A stretch of 53,633 bases of DNA from a virus (lineage: Duplodnaviria > Caudoviricetes), in IMG/VR virus record IMGVR_UViG_3300034039_000013, positions 1-53,633 of that record; one strand, written 5' to 3'. A program made the translations under genes and the position numbers. The notes below the pieces were generated by a model. The model searched no databases. It saw nothing but the letters and a program-made list of their open reading frames with translations, and was not told the DNA's origin. Within the stretch, counting starts at the first letter, position 1, and every line of letters starts with the position of its first letter. Shown here in pieces: positions 18,289 to 26,215 of this stretch.

Positions 18289-18822
18289 CTACGCATTTGC
18301 CTCAGCGTTCAAGCTATAAGTGGCAGAATCCAATACTGCTCCGCCGTTTGGTCTAACTTCAATAAGGAGGTCGCAGTTTTTAGCTGTACCTGATGTGGCT
18401 GTAAGTGACCATGTAGGGTTAGTGGAGATGGACAGCCAAGTACCAAGCGTGCCAGACGGGGTTGTGCCTGACTGTAAGGTAGCTCTCACCTCATAGCTAG
18501 ATCCAAGACCGCTTTGTGTAGGGGCTGCCCAGTTTTCAAGTACGGAGGTATTACCGTTTTTGTCTTGTACGACGGTACCGTCGTCCCTAAAGGTAACGCC
18601 AGCCGTAGCTGTGGTTAAAGAGAAGGCGATGATGCTGCCGCCGTTAAACGACACAACGGTACTTTGTCCTCCGCCTGCACCTGGAGGCCAATATGTCACC
18701 CAAATGCCGGACTCTCTTCTCTTTATTTCACCTATGTCTAGCTGCCAAGCAGCAGACTGTCGGTGTTTAGGAGTATAAAGGTAAGTCCAAGCTCCCCCAG
18801 ACCTTACTTTAAGTATAGCCAT
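18289..18822 (-). CDS. Putative virion/tail-fibre-associated beta protein
   Basis: MAILKVRSGGAW start after GAGG RBS; Ser/Thr/Gly-rich Ig-like C-terminus. Confidence 0.6.
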   Translation of the reverse strand: MAILKVRSGGAWTYLYTPKHRQSAAWQLDIGEIKRRESGIWVTYWPPGAGGGQSTVVSFNGGSIIAFSLTTATAGVTFRDDGTVVQDKNGNTSVLENWAAPTQSGLGSSYEVRATLQSGTTPSGTLGTWLSISTNPTWSLTATSGTAKNCDLLIEVRPNGGAVLDSATYSLNAEANA

Positions 18823-18830
18823 AATGCCCT

Positions 18831-19196
18831 CTAATCGTGATAGTTTCCCCACATACAGTGCAACAACTCGTGCCCCAAGGTCAAAGTGGCGTCATCATCC
18901 ACCTTTTTAACAGGTGTTATGAAGATTACACATCTTCCATCTTCGCCTCTTCCCGCGAAACCTTTTAGGTTTCCGTTGGTAGGTACTTTCTTTCCGTACT
19001 TTTCATAGAGGCTGTAAAGAGTCTTCTGGTCAACCATTTTGACCTCGACAACCCCTTTATAGAAATAGGGGTTTTCTAGGCCGTCTATACGTACCTTATT
19101 GGTTAACCTTGAACTGTAGAAGTACAGAATAGCTGCCGCTAAAACTATTAACGACAGCGTATATGCAGTTTTAGTATGTCGGGACTGTGATGACAT
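18831..19196 (-). CDS. Membrane-anchored minimal zincin-like protein
   Basis: N-terminal TM segment; C-terminal TLGHELLHC (HExxH). Confidence 0.6.
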   Translation of the reverse strand: MSSQSRHTKTAYTLSLIVLAAAILYFYSSRLTNKVRIDGLENPYFYKGVVEVKMVDQKTLYSLYEKYGKKVPTNGNLKGFAGRGEDGRCVIFITPVKKVDDDATLTLGHELLHCMWGNYHD

Positions 19197-19392
19197 ACTG
19201 CACACCTTCTGCTTCGTCTTTAGTTACAGCAGAAACCCTAACCTTCCACACTGGTGAGCCTTCCTGAGGTTCTTGATAAAGCTGCACGCTTTGCAAAGAA
19301 ATCTCTGGATGTAGGCTCAAGAACGAATCCAATTCTTGCTCTATAGTAGAGCACAAAGTCTTTAGATTCGTGGTTAATTCTGTGATATTCAT
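19171..19392 (-). CDS. Small hypothetical protein (intact cassette gene B)
   Basis: GGAGG RBS; similar to the truncated copies at 19497-19561 and 25074-25160. Confidence 0.65.
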   Translation of the reverse strand: MNITELTTNLKTLCSTIEQELDSFLSLHPEISLQSVQLYQEPQEGSPVWKVRVSAVTKDEAEGVQYVITVPTY

Positions 19393-19427
19393 ATTACCAT
19401 TACCCTCCTATATATAGGTTGATTACA

Positions 19428-19496
19428 TTATATGCCGGATCCACTCTTTGTCCAAGCAAAGGTTACGGTATCCGTATCAGTGACGGTGACGGTGAC
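19428..19496 (-). pseudogene. C-terminal remnant of a third adhesin (gene A) copy
   Basis: Translates VTVTVTDTDTVTFAWTKSGSGI*, matching VTVTVTD...TETVTFTWTKSGD* of 25208-26215. Confidence 0.8.
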
Positions 19497-19561
19497 GTCA
19501 GGCTAGCAACTACAGCCGCGTTAAGTGTTTTAATTGCTTCGGTTGCAGTTTGTATCGACAT
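19497..19561 (-). pseudogene. 3'-truncated copy of small gene B
   Basis: GGAGG RBS + MSIQTATEAIKTLNAAV, similar to MSIQIVTDVLKDLKSTI; runs into the A remnant. Confidence 0.65.
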
Positions 19562-19577
19562 TGGTGTGTCCTCCAAG

Positions 19578-20402
19578 TTAAATGAGCGGGTCTTCGCCCA
19601 ACCAGTCAAAATGCACATCGCCAGAGTCCGTCGCGCTAAGCGCAGGGTTGACAGCATCGGTCACTGTCACAGTTACGGTAGCCCATGCTGACGAGCTAGC
19701 GCCTGATGGCGTACTTGCATCCGCAGAACAAGTTGGTGTAGCAGACGTTGTGTTGTAAATCGCAATATCTGAAGGCGTTGGAGTTCCGTTCTTAGTCGTA
19801 GGTCCGATGCTCCACTGATAATTGACAGGATGCGGAGTAGCGCCCTTAACAAAATACAACGTCACACTTTGCGGACGAGAGATATTTCCGCCGCCAGTTC
19901 TAGTACCATTCGTCGGGACATATCGTATGGCATAAAGCTCCCCGGGTTGTGTAGCGCCAGTGTACACAGGGGATGGCGGTGTGTACGTCGCCCCAGACGT
20001 TGACGAGCTACCGGGTTCTAGCCCCTCATCCCATGCAAATGAGGCCGTACAAGTTTTCGTTATAACAATCCCAGTCTGGATATCAGTCAATTGCAACTGC
20101 ACCTGATACGTGCGAATGTTAAATGGACCTAACGCTGGTGTGGCAATACTACAATACTCGCTCGTTGCACCGGTCAATGTGCCATCGGTATCACCGCCGA
20201 CAATCGACCAATTCCACGTCAATGGGGGTTTATACCCATTCTCCAAAACGTAATCGGGCATAATAGCAATAGACAAAACCTCTGTCGTATTTGTCCACTT
20301 AGCGTGATTTTTCAGGCTCACACTTTTAAGCGTCGTAGCTTTGCCAGCGTGAGCAAATAGGCCGCCTAAATCCGTTCCAGAAGAATTACGAAAGCCGGTG
20401 AC
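19578..20402 (-). pseudogene. 5'-truncated paralogue of the tail adhesin gene A
   Basis: From VTGFRNSSGTDLG onward colinear with 25208-26215 (FAHAGKATTLKSV, YVLENGYKPPL, YTGATQPGELYAIR, VNYQWSIG identical); first ~60 aa missing. Confidence 0.85.
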
Positions 20403-20720
20403 AGGGTAGATAACATTCCAGGTGTAAAAGGCATTGGCGAAGGGAAAGCGACGGCGCTTCTGAAAGATAAGAATACGGAGCATGAAATGTACACCGCTGT
20501 CCTTGATGCTTACATCGAGGACGCCTTTGTCAACTGGCCTTGTGAGGTTGATGAGGGTGTTATAGACTCTGAAGATGACCTGAATACCAATTTGACGATG
20601 TTGTATCTTTTAAGGAGTGAAGACGATGAATGGGAAAGCCCATTCAACAGACAAGCAAGCCCCTGGCAAAGCGACGTTGGTTTTTATTTCCAGCAAAAAA
20701 GATGCCAGGATCGCGGTTGA
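20397..20720 (+). pseudogene. 5'-truncated 5'-3' exonuclease (FEN family) fragment
   Basis: In frame with ORF 20487: GDRVDNIPGVKGIGEGKATALL is the H3TH motif; the N-terminal catalytic half is absent. Confidence 0.85.
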
Positions 20721-20976
20721 TGTGTGCAAGCAATTGGTGCGGCAGCATGACGCCTATTTTCTTAGCTTCAAGCCGCAAGTGTACAGCATCATCGAGGTTA
20801 TGGCCTATGCAGCAGACAGGGAAAGCCCGCTTGTGTGCATACCCTCGACGCCTCCAGAGGGGGCAGACAAGGTGCTGGAGTATGAACATATCAACCTTGA
20901 CCTGTTTTGCTACGACGATGTTGTCCACCTTTTCCAACAAGTTGAAACAAAACTGGGGCTAACCCATGGACAGTAA
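20626..20976 (+). CDS. Hypothetical protein
   Basis: AAGGAG RBS 8 nt before the ATG; overlaps the next gene start. Confidence 0.55.
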   Translation: MNGKAHSTDKQAPGKATLVFISSKKDARIAVDVCKQLVRQHDAYFLSFKPQVYSIIEVMAYAADRESPLVCIPSTPPEGADKVLEYEHINLDLFCYDDVVHLFQQVETKLGLTHGQ

Positions 20977-21508
20977 GTTTGCTGAGATTGACGACCTCCT
21001 GAAGCACTTTGCCAGCCGCTATTGCGACGGCGATGAAGAATTGTTTGATAAACTTTACCAGCAGGCCGCCCTGCTCTACCTTGACAAGAGAAGGTCTTTC
21101 GATGAATCTAAGGGGAAAACATCCACCTGGCTTTACGCTTGGTTGCCCCACGCCCTTGTGTCATACAAGAAACAGATGCGGCGGCTTGTTACAGTGTCAG
21201 ATTATAAGGCAAGAGCTATGAGCGATGAAGAACAAGACTTGGCCAAGCATATCAGCATAACCCATGACAACGCCGACACGCTGCCAGGCAAAGAGGACGA
21301 AGGAAGGGACGACCAGATATGCGCCAACGAAATGATGGCCATAGCGAAGCAGGTTCTCTCGCCAAGGGAATACAGGTGCCTTGTGCTGCACTACCTGTAC
21401 GACATGCCGAAGACCGTTATTGGCGAAGTTGAGAATGTGTCCGGCGAGAGGGTGCGGCAGATTATCGAAAACGCGCTGAAGAAAATTAGAAAACAGGCGG
21501 GGGTGTAG
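20966..21508 (+). CDS. Sigma70-family sigma factor-like protein (regions 2 and 4)
   Basis: LYQQA...SFDESKGKTSTW (region 2); LSPRE...VIGEVENVSGERVRQI..ALKKIR (region 4). Confidence 0.85.
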   Translation: MDSKFAEIDDLLKHFASRYCDGDEELFDKLYQQAALLYLDKRRSFDESKGKTSTWLYAWLPHALVSYKKQMRRLVTVSDYKARAMSDEEQDLAKHISITHDNADTLPGKEDEGRDDQICANEMMAIAKQVLSPREYRCLVLHYLYDMPKTVIGEVENVSGERVRQIIENALKKIRKQAGV

Positions 21509-21510
21509 CG

Positions 21511-22248
21511 GTGAGGCTCTACTACGAAACCAAGCAAGGCCGCCTTTACCAAGGCGACTGCCTGGAAGTTATGCAGAAACTTGCTGACGATGGTGTTAAA
21601 GTGGATATGGTATTGACCGATCCGCCGTATGGGACGACCGCTTGTAAATGGGATTCTGTTATCCCATTGGAGCCAATGTGGGAATGTATAAAGAGATTGA
21701 CAAAGGAGCAGTCGGCCATTGTTATGACCGCAAGCCAACCCTTCACAAGCCTTTTAGGATCTTCAAATATCAAATTGTTACGTTATTCGTGGGTGTGGCA
21801 GAAATCTGCAGCTACAGGACATTTGAACGCAAAACGGATGCCCATGAAAAACCATGAGGATGTGTTGGTCTTTTATGCAAAGCAGCCAACGTATAACCCG
21901 CAAGGATTAACCGATTTCAAGAAAACAGTTAGACGTGGCGGTAACGGCGGCTGCTATGGTGACAGCGGCAAAGAGAACTTCCAAGAAAAAACTGGATACC
22001 CGAGGACGGTATTAAAAATAAACAGCGAGGGCAAAACCGTTCACCCTACACAAAAACCGGTCGCATTGATGGAATATTTAATCAAAACATACACCAACGA
22101 AGGTGATTTGATTCTGGACTTTACGATCGGCTCAGGAACAACAGCTATAGCCGCTGAAAGAACAGGGCGCAAATGGATAGGCATAGAGTTGTCGGAAGAA
22201 TACTGTGAGGTTGCCAAGCAAAGACTTGAGAAGGAGGCGCAACAATGA
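21511..22248 (+). CDS. Beta-class N6-adenine/N4-cytosine DNA methyltransferase
   Basis: GDCLE, TDPPYG, HPTQKPVAL, LDFTIGSGTT, IGIE. Confidence 0.93.
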   Translation: MRLYYETKQGRLYQGDCLEVMQKLADDGVKVDMVLTDPPYGTTACKWDSVIPLEPMWECIKRLTKEQSAIVMTASQPFTSLLGSSNIKLLRYSWVWQKSAATGHLNAKRMPMKNHEDVLVFYAKQPTYNPQGLTDFKKTVRRGGNGGCYGDSGKENFQEKTGYPRTVLKINSEGKTVHPTQKPVALMEYLIKTYTNEGDLILDFTIGSGTTAIAAERTGRKWIGIELSEEYCEVAKQRLEKEAQQ

Positions 22249-22439
22249 AGGTGTTAGAAAAGGCAAGGCTACACGCTGAAGACCTAGCATATTACATCCA
22301 GCACAGGGAAAGGCTTGTGCGTAGTGGGCATTCAAAGCTGGACAACATTGACCAGCAAATTGCCGAGGAGCTTACCATCCTTAAAGAAATAGCCGAGGTT
22401 GTTTGCAGGGACTTGGTGAATGAGCAAGACAAGGAATAA
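22245..22439 (+). CDS. Hypothetical protein
   Basis: AAGGAGG RBS, ATGA coupling. Confidence 0.6.
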   Translation: MKVLEKARLHAEDLAYYIQHRERLVRSGHSKLDNIDQQIAEELTILKEIAEVVCRDLVNEQDKE

Positions 22440-22797
22440 CGGCAGGTGGACAGAAGCAAGGTTTCGGAGTTTCATCATCAGCGCCCTGCGCAAGGCCACC
22501 TACCGCTGGCCACCCAAGGGGGAGGTGGTTAAACAAGCATCCACAGGGAGGGGCAGGTTCCGCTGTGCCATGTGCAAGAAGGACTGCCCCACCTCCCTAC
22601 CAGCAGAGGACGGAGGGAAGCGGATAAGGAACAGGTTTGTGGATCACATAGTGCCAATTGTTGACCCACAAAAAGGCTTTACTACCTATGACGACTGGAT
22701 AGATAGATGCTTTGTGGACAGCGACGGGTTGCAGGTGCTATGCAAATCCTGTCATGATGCGAAAACCCAACAAGAGAGGGAGAGGAGAAAGAAATGA
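22420..22797 (+). CDS. HNH endonuclease
   Basis: CAMC...VDHIVP...LQVLCKSCHDAKT. Confidence 0.85.
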   Translation: MSKTRNNGRWTEARFRSFIISALRKATYRWPPKGEVVKQASTGRGRFRCAMCKKDCPTSLPAEDGGKRIRNRFVDHIVPIVDPQKGFTTYDDWIDRCFVDSDGLQVLCKSCHDAKTQQERERRKK

Positions 22798-23348
22798 TTG
22801 TTATTCTGAACGGACCGCCGGGGTCAGGCAAGGACACAATAGCAAATGGGCTTCTGAAAGCTGGGGTTGCTCACGCTCCTTTATGCTTCAAAGATGAGTT
22901 GTATATCCAGACGGCCTCTCGCTTCAAGCTAAGCCTTTCTTACTTCATCGCCCTTGCTTCAGACAGAGAGACAAAAGAGGAGCCTTGCCACCTGCTTGGT
23001 GGTATGTCGCCAAGGGAGGCGCTGATAGACACGTCTGAGAGAATCATCAAGCCCAAGAAAGGCAAGGACTACTTTGGGCGAAAGGTGGCCGAGGTTGCTG
23101 CGCAGCGACCACCAGAGGACGTTATCATCATCTCTGACGGTGGCTTCAAGGAGGAAATTGAGCCTCTACTTGAGACGCATCACAGAGTTGTCATCATCCA
23201 CCTGCACCGACCTGGCTGCACTTTTGACGGGGATAGCCGGTCTTACATCAATGTTGGCGGGGCGCATTACGACTGCATAGTAAACGACGGCACCATTGAT
23301 GAGGCAGTTGAGGCAGCTGAAAGAATCATCAGGAGGCATCACGCATGA
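22794..23348 (+). CDS. Deoxynucleoside monophosphate kinase
   Basis: NGPPGSGKDT, FKDEL, PREAL, IISDGGF..E, FDGDSR. Confidence 0.85.
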   Translation: MIVILNGPPGSGKDTIANGLLKAGVAHAPLCFKDELYIQTASRFKLSLSYFIALASDRETKEEPCHLLGGMSPREALIDTSERIIKPKKGKDYFGRKVAEVAAQRPPEDVIIISDGGFKEEIEPLLETHHRVVIIHLHRPGCTFDGDSRSYINVGGAHYDCIVNDGTIDEAVEAAERIIRRHHA

Positions 23349-23683
23349 GAATGAAAGACGACGTTTTGTTTGACAGAGATGGTGTGAATGCACAGCCAGA
23401 ACTTTTTTACGGTTTGTGGATTGTAGCGGAGACATATAGGGATCTTGGCATTACCGGCAAGAGGGCTTGTGTAACGTCTGTTATGGACGGTAAGCACAGC
23501 CCCAACAGCCTGCATTACAAAGGGTTTGCTTTTGATATAAGGACATGGGCGGATGAACATGGCACACAGATGAGCGACAAGACGAAGTGGGCTTTCCGCA
23601 ACCTTCTTGCTGAACGCTTAGGCGATGATTGGGATGTTGTGGTGGAGAGAAGCCACATACATGTGGAGTATGACCCGCAGTGA
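23345..23683 (+). CDS. Peptidase M15-like (LAS) zinc peptidase, endolysin candidate
   Basis: SLHYKGFAFD (H-x6-D) and HIH. Confidence 0.75.
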   Translation: MRMKDDVLFDRDGVNAQPELFYGLWIVAETYRDLGITGKRACVTSVMDGKHSPNSLHYKGFAFDIRTWADEHGTQMSDKTKWAFRNLLAERLGDDWDVVVERSHIHVEYDPQ

Positions 23684-23925
23684 TGTTAACAATCTTCGCA
23701 GTTACATTCATCTATGTTGCGCTGAAAGCCATGCAACAGCTTCAGGTGGTCAACTATGAATTCGCGAGGGTGCTCCCTGTTTCTTTCGGCATGGCGCTGT
23801 GCGAGGTAACAATTATGCTCTCTGTTGTCAATGACGTTGGTTTCTGGGGCTTTATCCCCATGGGCCTTGGTGGTGGCCTTGGTGCCATGCTAAGCATGTA
23901 CCTACATAAACGGATGAACGGATGA
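23680..23925 (+). CDS. Small membrane protein
   Basis: 81 aa with about three hydrophobic segments. Confidence 0.6.
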   Translation: MMLTIFAVTFIYVALKAMQQLQVVNYEFARVLPVSFGMALCEVTIMLSVVNDVGFWGFIPMGLGGGLGAMLSMYLHKRMNG

Positions 23926-23938
23926 GCAGGGGGGAGCA

Positions 23939-24702
23939 ATGAAAATATTGCACATTGACATTGAGACAGCACCTAATGTCAGCTACACATGGGGCCTTTT
24001 CAACCAGAACGTAGCTATTGACCAGATAGTTGAGCCTGGCTACACTTTGTGCTTCGCCGCAAAATGGCACAAGAGCCGCAAGAAAGATGTCATGTTTCAT
24101 TCCATCTGGCATGACGGCAAGAGAGGGATGATTGAGGCCGCCGCAGATTTACTGTGCGAGGCGGATGCTGTTGTCCACTACAACGGAAAGAGCTTTGATA
24201 TACCCACATTATGCAAGGACTTCCTGCTGGAGCTTGGCAAACCACCCGCTCCCTTCCACCAGATTGACCTGCTACACGTTGTGAGGAAGCGTTTTAGGTT
24301 TGCGAGTAACAAGCTGGACTTTGTTGCCCGTCAACTTGGCATTGGTAAGAAACTGCCGCATAAGGGCATGGACCTTTGGCGAGGCTGTATGCATGGCAAC
24401 CAGAAAGACCAGAGGGTTATGGAGAGGTATAACATTCAGGACGTGTTGTTGCTTGAAAACTATACGAAAGATTGTTGCCGTGGATAAATAAGCACCCCAA
24501 CCACGGACTGTACACCGACGAAGATAGACCAGTATGCACAAATTGTGGCAGCAGGCATGTTGTTAAGAATGGTGTGGAGAGGCTGGCAACACAAGCATAC
24601 CAGCGATACCGTTGCCAGAAGTGCGGAACGCCTTTGAGAGGCCGAACCACTATACTCACCAAAGAGAAGCGTGCTACCATCTTAACCCAGAGTAAACTGT
24701 GA
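23939..24702 (+). pseudogene. RNase H-like/DnaQ-like exonuclease with C-terminal Zn ribbon, split by a 1-nt frameshift
   Basis: IDIET, HYNGKSFD, YNIQDV; one extra A at 24456-24459 joins both ORFs (LEKLYERLLPW); CTNC...CQKC. Confidence 0.75.
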
Positions 24703-24709
24703 GGGCATT

Positions 24710-24904
24710 ATGAAGAAACAGCAGGAAGTGAACAAGGTTGTGCTAAGACTACTTGTGGATGCGCTGGGACAGCCTGTGGTGACAGTTGACGTGGACAATG
24801 ATATAGCCCTTGATGTCATAGCGGCCTCACTGGCTAAGGCCGCAGCCGCCTTGCTTGGTGAAATTGAAGACAGCGAAGGCATACAGCCTACCGTAAGTCA
24901 TTAG
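24710..24904 (+). CDS. Hypothetical protein
   Basis: 64 aa, GAGG RBS. Confidence 0.55.
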   Translation: MKKQQEVNKVVLRLLVDALGQPVVTVDVDNDIALDVIAASLAKAAAALLGEIEDSEGIQPTVSH

Positions 24905-24914
24905 ACTAGGTTTT

Positions 24915-24990
24915 GCCGCAGTAGCACAATTGGCAGTGCAGCTGATTTGTACTCAGAAGGTTGCAGGTTCGACTCCTGCCTGCGGCACCA
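24915..24990 (+). tRNA. tRNA-Thr(UGU)
   Basis: 76 nt cloverleaf: acceptor GCCGCAG/CTGCGGC, D arm GCAC/GTGC, anticodon loop TT-TGT-AC, T arm GCAGG-TTCGACT-CCTGC, encoded CCA. Confidence 0.93.
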
Positions 24991-24995
24991 TATCC

Positions 24996-25074
24996 CGCAA
25001 AGGGAAAGACTTTCTTGGGCGTAGCCTTGCTGACTATGTAAACAAGCATGGGGAAGGCAAGACATTCATTATCT
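24996..25074 (+). pseudogene. Short internal fragment resembling a second dNMP kinase
   Basis: RKGKDFLGRSLADYVNKHGEGKTFII vs KKGKDYFGRKVAEVAAQRPPEDVIII in 22794-23348. Confidence 0.45.
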
Positions 25075-25160
25075 GGGTTATCCGCGATAAAGCCCGCAAC
25101 GGCTTCCTCGATAGTGGATTTAAGGTCTTTCAATACGTCTGTTACTATTTGAATAGACAT
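25074..25160 (-). pseudogene. 3'-truncated copy of small gene B
   Basis: GAGGAG RBS; LKDLKSTIEEAVAGFIADNPD vs LKTLCSTIEQELDSFLSLHPE of 19171-19392; frame then runs antisense through the tRNA. Confidence 0.6.
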
Positions 25161-25207
25161 TTTTGTTTCTCCTCTGTTGGTTGACTTTTTAGCTCCACCC
25201 TCCACTC

Positions 25208-26215
25208 TTAGTCTCCACTCTTAGTCCAGGTGAAAGTTACGGTTTCCGTTGCTGTTGCAGACAGGCTCGTATTAACCGCATCTGTGACCGTCACAGTCAC
25301 AGGCGCAGATACAGTTGTCGATGCCAAATCTGGTGTGCCGCTGGTGGCGACGCATTGTGCGCTGCTAGACGTTGCATAGTTCAGCGTCATATCGCTCGGT
25401 GTCGGGGAGCCGGTTTTACTCGATGCGCCAATTGACCACTGATAATTAACGGCGTGCGGTGTGGCTCCGCTGACAAAATACAATTCAACGGTTTGATAGC
25501 GAGAGATCGTGCCGCCATCAACCATAGAGCCGTTTGTCGGCACAAACCGAATGGCGTACAGCTCGCCGGGCTGAGTCGCGCCGGTATAGCGCGTGCTGGG
25601 GGGTGGTGTGGTGCCGGTGCTGCCGCTGCTGGACGTAGCGCCGCCGGGGGACAGCTCAGAATCCCAGACAAACGACACGCTGCATGTGTCTGTCAGCACG
25701 ATGCCGGTGTTAGAATCTGTGAGCTGCAACTGTAGCGTGCATCGCTTAATGGCAAACGGCGCTGTGGCGGGCGCTATCACAGAACAGGTCTCGCTAGTCG
25801 CACCGGACAGCGACAAGTCTGCATCACCGTCAATAATGCTCCAGTTCCACGAAAGCGGCGGTTTATATCCATTCTCCAGTACATATTGCGGCGTTACAGA
25901 TTGGCTCATGCCTACATTCTGGTTCGTCCACTGCGCGTAGTTGAGAAGGTCAACACTCTTTAGCGTCGTCGCCTTGCCCGCATGGGCAAACAGGTTGCCC
26001 AAGTCCGCGCCGGCCGAGTTCAAAAACCCCGTCATAGTATCCGCTTGCGACCCGTAGGTCTGCTCCCACAGGTACATCTGACTACGCGGCGCGTATTTCA
26101 CACCGAGATCCGTCCCTGCGCTGTCATAGTAGTAAGTCGTCTGCGTCAAGCCGCCTTGCCTCACGGCCCAGCGCGTAGTTATATCAACGCCACTGCTGTC
26201 GTAAAACGTACTCAC
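25208..26215 (-). CDS. Putative fibre-tip adhesin / receptor-binding protein (intact gene A)
   Basis: Coupled to an S74-bearing fibre; N-terminal YDSxGxD repeats, two Ser/Thr-rich beta domains. Confidence 0.65.
   Translation of the reverse strand: MSTFYDSSGVDITTRWAVRQGGLTQTTYYYDSAGTDLGVKYAPRSQMYLWEQTYGSQADTMTGFLNSAGADLGNLFAHAGKATTLKSVDLLNYAQWTNQNVGMSQSVTPQYVLENGYKPPLSWNWSIIDGDADLSLSGATSETCSVIAPATAPFAIKRCTLQLQLTDSNTGIVLTDTCSVSFVWDSELSPGGATSSSGSTGTTPPPSTRYTGATQPGELYAIRFVPTNGSMVDGGTISRYQTVELYFVSGATPHAVNYQWSIGASSKTGSPTPSDMTLNYATSSSAQCVATSGTPDLASTTVSAPVTVTVTDAVNTSLSATATETVTFTWTKSGD

Larger units (their letters stand above)
20397..25074 (+). mobile_element. Captured foreign phage gene block, opposite orientation to the late arm
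   Basis: Starts mid-gene, is flanked by truncated genes, and holds replication/metabolism genes inside the tail locus. Confidence 0.75.

Noticed and set aside
20403-20483. N-terminus MLRILIFQKRRRFPF... of ORF 19578..20483
   Set aside because: It is the antisense of the exonuclease H3TH fragment and has no similarity to gene A; not a real start
20630-20962. Alternative 110-aa ORF
   Set aside because: Overlaps 20626..20976 in another frame; the latter has better RBS spacing and couples to the sigma gene (moderate certainty)
24960-24990. tRNA 3' end as an integrase att site for the foreign block
   Set aside because: No duplicate of the tRNA end was seen at the other boundary and no integrase is in the window (by-eye search only)
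24906-25205. 99-aa minus ORF and 84-aa plus ORF (24930..25184) as real genes
   Set aside because: Both are chimeras running across the tRNA and junction fragments
19578-26215. Invertible shufflon or diversity-generating retroelement explaining the duplicated adhesin
   Set aside because: Copies are in direct orientation, no invertase or reverse transcriptase is present, and differences are not adenine-specific
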